From the IMG/VR virus record IMGVR_UViG_3300025876_000005, positions 136,643 to 176,489 of that record: a DNA stretch of 39,847 nucleotides; one strand, 5' to 3'. A program made the translations under genes and the position numbers. Positions 1 through 3,894 of the stretch are shown piece by piece (position 1 is the first letter of the stretch; each line of letters begins with the position of its first letter). Under the pieces are notes generated by a model. It was not told the origin of the DNA. It worked only from the letters and a program-made list of their open reading frames with translations, and made no database searches. Source of the DNA: a virus.

Positions 1-25
1 GAGGGTTCGAGTCCCTCCTTGAGTA
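1..25 (+). tRNA. 3' fragment of a tRNA (T arm and acceptor 3' strand); identity outside window
   Basis: GAGGG-TTCGAGT-CCCTC T arm followed by CTTGAGT-A. Confidence 0.8.
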
Positions 26-43
26 CTAATTTTCAAAAAGGTT

Positions 44-72
44 GAAACTTTTAGCAAGTGAGCTGATATATA
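44..72 (+). promoter_or_regulatory. Putative phage promoter GAAAC-N17-ATATAT (also matches late-type GATATATA) upstream of leader ORF and tRNA array
   Basis: Same GAAAC-N16/17-ATAWAW spacing recurs at 2375, 3545, 3849, 9096, 11768, 14499, 19013. Confidence 0.6.
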
Positions 73-102
73 CCTAACAAATAACAAGAAAAACTAAGTT
101 CA

Positions 103-189
103 ATGAAACGCAGTCATACATATATGGTCGATTTTGGATGGTCACAGGCGATTAAGCCATGTGAGCTCAGAGGCCCGAATATTGTATGA
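103..189 (+). CDS. Leader peptide MKRSHTYMVDFGWSQAIKPCELRGPNIV (28 aa, all 20 amino acids); putative attenuator peptide
   Basis: ATG103-TGA189 after A-rich leader; 26 distinct codons in 28; overlaps antiterminator GAGGCCC 170-176. Confidence 0.75.
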   Translation: MKRSHTYMVDFGWSQAIKPCELRGPNIV

Positions 190-226
190 ACTTAAGTAGA
201 TAGAACATATAATATAACTTAGAAAT

Positions 227-258
227 AAGGGCCTCATCGCAAGATTGAGGCCCTTTTT
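227..258 (+). terminator. Intrinsic terminator of putative attenuator, directly upstream of tRNA-Ser
   Basis: AAGGGCCTCA(227-236)/TGAGGCCCTT(246-255), GCAA tetraloop, T-run; 5' arm can alternatively pair with 170-176. Confidence 0.8.
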
Positions 259-264
259 CATTTT

Positions 265-351
265 GGAAGATTGACAGAGTGGTCGATTGTGGCTCCCTGC
301 TAAGGAGTTGGTCCCGAAAGGGGCTCGGAGGTTCGAATCCTCCATCTTCCG
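265..351 (+). tRNA. tRNA-Ser(GCT)
   Basis: GGAAGAT/ATCTTCC acceptor, loop CT-GCT-AA, long variable arm, G discriminator. Confidence 0.95.
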
Positions 352-355
352 CAGA

Positions 356-367
356 GTTCTTTAACAT
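356..367 (+). promoter_or_regulatory. boxA-like antitermination site
   Basis: GTTCTTTAACAT resembles rrn boxA TGCTCTTTAACA. Confidence 0.55.
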
Positions 368-438
368 ACGTCTGACAGGCAAGGTGCCGCACAGGTCTCC
401 AAAACCTCGTGGGTAGGGTTCGATTCCTTACAGGCGTG
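368..438 (+). tRNA. tRNA-Trp(CCA)
   Basis: ACGTCTG/CAGGCGT acceptor, loop CT-CCA-AA, short D arm. Confidence 0.85.
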
Positions 439-458
439 CAAAAAACTTTGAAAAAAGT

Positions 459-510
459 TGCAAGAAAGTTTTTCAGTGTCAAATATTCTTATTATATTTG
501 CACTGCAATA
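459..510 (+). promoter_or_regulatory. Early (host Bacteroidota sigma) promoter
   Basis: TATATTTG at 493-500 matches TAnnTTTG -7 element; one of 7 near-identical copies. Confidence 0.7.
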
Positions 511-519
511 AACAAAATG

Positions 520-536
520 GTTCTTTGACATATTGG
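520..536 (+). promoter_or_regulatory. boxA-like antitermination site
   Basis: GTTCTTTGACATATTGG just downstream of a promoter; repeated at 2423. Confidence 0.65.
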
Positions 537-552
537 TAAAATTAAGAAAATG

Positions 553-679
553 CAGATATTACTTCTGATTTGAAAGCTGGTCTAACGGCCCAGCCGATAT
601 GCTTAAGTAAGTCTTAAAGAGACCGGCTCTTTTAATATTTGGAGGGATATAGATGCTCCCGAGTAGGTGCAAGGCCTAC
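553..679 (+). ncRNA. Structured RNA candidate
   Basis: CAGATATTA/TAATATTTG enclosing GCTGG/CCAGC, TTAAG/CTTAA, AGAG/CTCT hairpins; then GGAG/CTCC and T-arm-like GTAGG-TGCAAGG-CCTAC. Confidence 0.4.
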
Positions 680-684
680 AAAAT

Positions 685-755
685 TGTCCTGTGGTGTAAA
701 GGCAGCACATCTGGTTTTGGTCCAGAGAATCGAGGTTCGAATCCTTGCGGGACAA
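685..755 (+). tRNA. tRNA-Gln(TTG)
   Basis: TGTCCTG/CGGGACA acceptor, loop TT-TTG-GT. Confidence 0.93.
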
Positions 756-760
756 CTATA

Positions 761-838
761 TTGCGATGGTGGTACAGAGACAGTCTCATGAGCTGTATTG
801 GGTAGCTCCCCTCCGAGGTTCGATTCCTCAATCGCAAC
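761..838 (+). tRNA. Atypical tRNA with CAT anticodon (reduced D arm, variable hairpin)
   Basis: TTGCGAT/ATCGCAA, ACAGT-CTCATGA-GCTGT, GAGG-TTCGATT-CCTC; no normal D arm. Confidence 0.6.
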
Positions 839-843
839 TATTT

Positions 844-918
844 GACCTCGTAGCTCAGTTGGTTTAGAGCTTCCGACTTTTAATCGGAAGGCCGTGGGTT
901 CGAGTCCCACCGGGGTCA
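844..918 (+). tRNA. tRNA-Lys(TTT)
   Basis: GACCTCG/CGGGGTC, loop CT-TTT-AA. Confidence 0.95.
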
Positions 919-920
919 CA

Positions 921-1040
921 AGCTGTTCTGCATCAGAAGTGCTGGTTAGTGAAACACCTAATCGATGAGCCCATCAAAATGTGAGGTTAGAGCTGAAATA
1001 ACCTACCGCGTTATCTATAACGTAGCTATCGGATATAGTT
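921..1040 (+). ncRNA. Structured RNA candidate (string of hairpins)
   Basis: TTCTG/CAGAA, GGTTAG/CTAATC, GATG/CATC, AGGTTA/TAACCT, CGTTAT/ATAACG; two TGAAA loops. Confidence 0.4.
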
Positions 1041-1061
1041 TTAAAGAAAAAGCTCTCTTAT

Positions 1062-1144
1062 GCCCGAGTGGTGGAATTGGTAGACACACTAGATTTAGGA
1101 TCTAGCGCCATTATGGTTTGAGAGTTCGAGTCTCTCCTTGGGTA
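1062..1144 (+). tRNA. tRNA-Leu(TAG)
   Basis: GCCCGAG/CTTGGGT, loop TT-TAG-GA, variable arm. Confidence 0.95.
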
Positions 1145-1147
1145 CAA

Positions 1148-1242
1148 TGGGAATATACCGATACTGGTTAAATGGCAGTTCAATTCTGTCCGATAGTAGG
1201 TCTCCACCTTGAGACGGGTGCTACTATCGTAGGTAATTCCCA
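1148..1242 (+). ncRNA. Unrecognised T-loop ncRNA, copy A (permuted tRNA-like)
   Basis: TGGGAAT.TACC/GGTAATTCCCA closing stem; GGCAG-TTCAATT-CTGTC; CGATAGTAG/CTACTATCG; CACC/GGTG. Confidence 0.65.
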
Positions 1243-1246
1243 AATT

Positions 1247-1321
1247 GCTCTCTTAGCTCAGTTGGTTCAGAGCGCTAGTTTTACACACTAGATGTCGCAA
1301 GTTCGAATCTTGCAGAGAGCA
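1247..1321 (+). tRNA. tRNA-Val(TAC)
   Basis: GCTCTCT/AGAGAGC, CTAGT-TTTACAC-ACTAG. Confidence 0.93.
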
Positions 1322-1347
1322 CAAACAACCAGAGTCGACGCTGGTTG

Positions 1348-1440
1348 GATCGGGTGGTGAAATTGGTAAACACGGGGACATCCCTGCTCTATTTATGACG
1401 TCTGATATAGAGCTTGCAGGTTCGAGTCCTGCCCTGATCA
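1348..1440 (+). tRNA. Leu-type tRNA body with truncated anticodon arm and enlarged variable arm
   Basis: GATCGGG/CCTGATC-A, class II D arm GTG-AAATTGGTAAA-CAC, GGGG-ACAT-CCCT mini arm, GCTCTAT/ATAGAGC arm, GCAGG-TTCGAGT-CCTGC. Confidence 0.7.
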
Positions 1441-1446
1441 CAATAT

Positions 1447-1529
1447 GGGGACTGAAAGTCGTTTGGATACGGCAGCGAGACTGTAAATCTCGTCTTTAAT
1501 TAGGAGTGGTTCGAGTCCACCAGGCCCCA
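1447..1529 (+). tRNA. tRNA-Tyr(GTA), possibly 8/4 acceptor/T-stem fold
   Basis: GCGAGA-CTGTAAA-TCTCGT; GGGGACTG/CAGGCCCC; GTGG/CCAC. Confidence 0.85.
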
Positions 1530-1534
1530 CAAAT

Positions 1535-1607
1535 GCACTTATAGTTCAACTGGATAGAACACTCGGCTACGGACCGAGAGATAAGGGTTCGAATCCTTTT
1601 AAGTGTA
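1535..1607 (+). tRNA. tRNA-Arg(ACG)
   Basis: GCACTTA/TAAGTGT, loop CT-ACG-GA. Confidence 0.95.
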
Positions 1608-1613
1608 CAATTT

Positions 1614-1686
1614 GGTACCTTAGCTCAGATGGTAGAGCACAGGACTGAAAATCCTGGTGTCCCCAGTTCGATCCTGGGAGGTACCA
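1614..1686 (+). tRNA. tRNA-Phe(GAA)
   Basis: GGTACCT/AGGTACC, loop CT-GAA-AA. Confidence 0.95.
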
Positions 1687-1690
1687 CAAA

Positions 1691-1840
1691 TACCTTAGTA
1701 GTGAACCCGAGTCCCAACGCCTGATCAGTTAGTAGGAGGAGGTAGTAATAAAAGTGGTATCAGTAGGTAGCCCAATAGGGTGCAGATAAACTAATGCATG
1801 ATGCGAGTACAGGGAACCAGCCCGATGACTCTACCTACGC
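1691..1840 (+). ncRNA. Structured RNA candidate(s)
   Basis: GTAGGTAG(1763-1770)/CTACCTAC(1831-1838) enclosing CCC/GGG, TGCA/TGCA, GAGT/ACTC, GGG/CCC. Confidence 0.45.
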
Positions 1841-1845
1841 ATTTT

Positions 1846-1918
1846 CGGGATGTGGCGCAGTTGGTAGCGCACCGCGTTTGGGACGCGGGGGTCACAGGTT
1901 CGAGCCCTGTTATCCCGA
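1846..1918 (+). tRNA. tRNA-Pro(TGG)
   Basis: CGGGATG/TATCCCG, loop TT-TGG-GA. Confidence 0.95.
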
Positions 1919-1924
1919 CTAAAT

Positions 1925-2001
1925 TGGAATGTAGCTCAGTTGGTTAGAGCACTTGCCTGATACGCATGTGGTCGGCGGTTCGAGTCCGCCCATTCCAACC
2001 A
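1925..2001 (+). tRNA. tRNA-Ile(GAT), CCA encoded
   Basis: TGGAATG/CATTCCA-A-CCA, loop CT-GAT-AC. Confidence 0.9.
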
Positions 2002-2005
2002 ATAT

Positions 2006-2083
2006 TGCGGGATGTGTAGAAATTGGTTATCTCGTCGGTCTCATAAGCCGAAGTTCCGGGTTCAAGTCCCGGTCCCGCAACCA
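2006..2083 (+). tRNA. tRNA-Met(CAT), initiator-like acceptor, CCA encoded
   Basis: TGCGGGA/TCCCGCA-ACCA, TCGGT-CTCATAA-GCCGA. Confidence 0.88.
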
Positions 2084-2087
2084 ATAT

Positions 2088-2161
2088 GGTGATTGTAGCT
2101 CATTTGGTAGAGCGCCTGATTGTGGTTCAGGAGGTAGCGGGATCGTAACCCGTCTTTCACC
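2088..2161 (+). tRNA. tRNA-His(GTG)
   Basis: G-1/C73, loop TT-GTG-GT; variant T loop, two acceptor mismatches. Confidence 0.88.
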
Positions 2162-2163
2162 CA

Positions 2164-2291
2164 AAGGAGAGGCAGTTCAAGCTGTAGTTAGCACACCACT
2201 GATAAGGGTGACTATACTGAAAAAGGGTTAAGATTAAGTATAGGTAAAATCAGGCTGACCAGTAACCCTGTAAGACCCAGAGCCTCTTCTT
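2164..2291 (+). ncRNA. Unrecognised T-loop ncRNA, copy B
   Basis: AAGGAGAGGC/GCCTCTTCTT closing stem; GGCAGTTCAAGCTGT; GTAGT-[5 nt]-CACC...GGTG-ACTAT; GGGTTA/TAACCC. Confidence 0.6.
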
Positions 2292-2295
2292 TTTT

Positions 2296-2369
2296 GGCGA
2301 AGTACCCAAGTGGTCTAAGGGAGCGGATTGCAACCCCGTTATTCGTTGGTTCGAATCCAACCTTCGCCT
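2296..2369 (+). tRNA. tRNA-Cys(GCA)
   Basis: GGCGAAG/CTTCGCC-T, loop TT-GCA-AC, U discriminator. Confidence 0.93.
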
Positions 2370-2374
2370 CAAAT

Positions 2375-2439
2375 GAAACAAAGAATTAAGAATGTTATAT
2401 AATCAACGTTATTAAAACAATAGCTCTTTGACATATTGG
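2375..2439 (+). promoter_or_regulatory. GAAAC-type promoter followed by boxA-like site (2423-2439)
   Basis: GAAAC-N17-ATATAA then GCTCTTTGACATATTGG. Confidence 0.65.
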
Positions 2440-2456
2440 TATATTAAGAAACAGTA

Positions 2457-2517
2457 AGAGTGCTTACAGCAAATTTACAAACATTTGACTTTTATTCAAA
2501 CACGTTTACGCACTCTG
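2457..2517 (+). ncRNA. Armless tRNA-like mini-RNA 1 (Lys TTT anticodon loop)
   Basis: AGAGTGC/GCACTCT-G 7-bp stem, TTACAGCAAATTT, TTTGA-CTTTTAT-TCAAA. Confidence 0.65.
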
Positions 2518-2526
2518 GTCTTTTTA

Positions 2527-2583
2527 AGGATGCTTCCAGCAAATTTAACTTATACAATTAGGAAGTAAACAAGCAGCATCCTG
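2527..2583 (+). ncRNA. Armless tRNA-like mini-RNA 2 (possible TAG loop)
   Basis: AGGATGC/GCATCCT-G 7-bp stem, TTCCAGCAAATTT, TAC-AATTAGGAA-GTA. Confidence 0.55.
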
Positions 2584-2591
2584 TTATATTT

Positions 2592-2665
2592 GGGGGTATA
2601 GCTCAGTTGGCTAGAGCACTTGCCTTGCACGCAAGGGGTCGTGGGTTCGAATCCCTCTACCTCCA
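2592..2665 (+). tRNA. tRNA-Ala(TGC)
   Basis: GGGGGTA/TACCTCC with G3:U70, loop CT-TGC-AC. Confidence 0.95.
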
Positions 2666-2700
2666 CTAACTACCGTTTCCATAAACAAAACGATAAAATT

Positions 2701-3087
2701 ATGGAACAATTAATTACATTTGTTCTAGGTGTTCTTTCAGTGGTTGCAGTCGCAGCTGTTGTGAGAGTGTTTGGGATGAAGAAGACAGTTGCCTTGATGA
2801 TCGATGATCGGATAGACGACGTAACACAAGAACTACATGGTCGAATAGACATGGTAGAACGAGAACTAGAAGAGGTTGATAATAGGCTATATGAATATAT
2901 AGATCAGCTACACAGTAAACACGATGAAGATGTGGATAAGATTTATTCTTACATTGATTCAAGAACGGACAAAATGGCAGACGGCACTGCTAAACATATT
3001 GCCGATATAAACGCTAGATTTAATGACAATACAGCGTTTGTAGATCTACTTTCGCATAGAATAGAAGATCTAGAAAGTAAGTCATAA
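2701..3087 (+). CDS. Membrane-anchored coiled-coil protein embedded in tRNA array
   Basis: Start at ATG2701 (listed 2620 start overlaps tRNA-Ala); N-terminal hydrophobic helix then acidic heptads. Confidence 0.75.
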   Translation: MEQLITFVLGVLSVVAVAAVVRVFGMKKTVALMIDDRIDDVTQELHGRIDMVERELEEVDNRLYEYIDQLHSKHDEDVDKIYSYIDSRTDKMADGTAKHIADINARFNDNTAFVDLLSHRIEDLESKS

Positions 3088-3179
3088 ACAAACCCGGAAA
3101 CGGTAGTTAAAAAAATAGGGACTATAATCGAGCAGCTGGAATACTAGTTAGCATAAGACTAGGATTTAAGTCCCCATTT

Positions 3180-3253
3180 GCCTCAATAGCTCAGTTGGCC
3201 AGAGCAGCTGATTTGTAATCAGCAGGTCGTGGGTTCGAATCCCTCTTGAGGCT
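3180..3253 (+). tRNA. tRNA-Thr(TGT)
   Basis: GCCTCAA/TTGAGGC, loop TT-TGT-AA. Confidence 0.95.
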
Positions 3254-3260
3254 CACATAT

Positions 3261-3337
3261 AGCGGGGTGGTAGCAGTTGGTAGCTCGCGAGCCTCATAAG
3301 CTCGAGGTCGGCGGTTCGAGTCCGTCTCCCGCAACCA
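3261..3337 (+). tRNA. tRNA-Met(CAT), initiator-like (A1:A72 mismatch), CCA encoded
   Basis: AGCGGGG/TCCCGCA-ACCA, CGAGC-CTCATAA-GCTCG. Confidence 0.9.
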
Positions 3338-3358
3338 ATGAGATATAAGTCTCAACAC

Positions 3359-3443
3359 AGAGGAGTGCCAGAGCGGTCGAATGGATCGGTCTTGAAAACC
3401 GACGTACGGCAACGTACCGGGGGTTCGAATCCCTCCTCCTCTG
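3359..3443 (+). tRNA. tRNA-Ser(TGA)
   Basis: AGAGGAG/CTCCTCT-G, loop CT-TGA-AA, variable arm. Confidence 0.95.
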
Positions 3444-3449
3444 CTAAAC

Positions 3450-3523
3450 AGTCCAGTAGCTCAGCTGGTTAGAGTGCCGCCCTGTCACGGCGGAGGTCGC
3501 GGGTTCGAGTCCCGTCTGGACTG
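3450..3523 (+). tRNA. tRNA-Asp(GTC)
   Basis: AGTCCAG/CTGGACT-G, loop CT-GTC-AC. Confidence 0.95.
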
Positions 3524-3574
3524 CAATTTATACCAATATGTCTTGAAACATAACCTTAATTGGTTATATAAAGA

Positions 3575-3804
3575 ACGGTTCTTGAAACAGTAATACACAA
3601 AAGCTGTGAATAGAATTTTACCGAGGGTTTAGGAATGGCTCCAGAGCAGAGCGTCACAATTGTCCCTATAAACAAAAGACGTAGATGCTTGGTTAGTAGG
3701 CAGAGTGAGCAATGACTGCCGATTTACCCTAAAAATGTTCTAGTGGGAAACCGGTTCCCTGTGAAAATCAAACTAAATTCAGGGCCTCACGACGGCGAGG
3801 CGGC
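3575..3804 (+). ncRNA. About 230-nt structured RNA candidate with own promoter (3545-3571) and terminator
   Basis: No ORF of 60 aa or more; hairpins CGTC/GACG, GGCAG/CTGCC, CCCTG/CAGGG, GCCTC/GAGGC. Confidence 0.5.
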
Positions 3805-3842
3805 AAGGAGAGTTCGGTTCGGTAAACTGGCTCTCCTTTTTT
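3805..3842 (+). terminator. Intrinsic terminator ending RNA array
   Basis: AAGGAGAG/CTCTCCTT plus T-run. Confidence 0.8.
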
Positions 3843-3894
3843 ATGTTTGAAACTTTGTCTAAATTTAGCATAAAACAGTTAAACAACTTTAAAG

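Noticed and set aside
1200-1220. H-type pseudoknot or theta/HDV ribozyme
   Set aside because: GTCTC/GAGAC and CACC/GGTG have linkers too short to coexist; no HDV P1.1/J4-2 core could be fitted.
1247-1321. Possible ochre (TTA) suppressor tRNA and recoded genome
   Set aside because: Correct stem CTAGT/ACTAG centres the loop on TAC (Val); TAA, TGA and TAG all appear as stops with tight gene packing.
142-2231. ORF-track entries over the tRNA array (142-345, 167-382, 300-482, 632-919, 1058-1243, 1253-1441, 1953-2231; also 3191-3412)
   Set aside because: Shadows of tRNA genes, mostly antisense; no coding features.
3575-3842. tmRNA, RNase P RNA or riboswitch for serA
   Set aside because: No tRNA-Ala-like ends or GAGGAAAGTCC; serA has its own promoter after the terminator.
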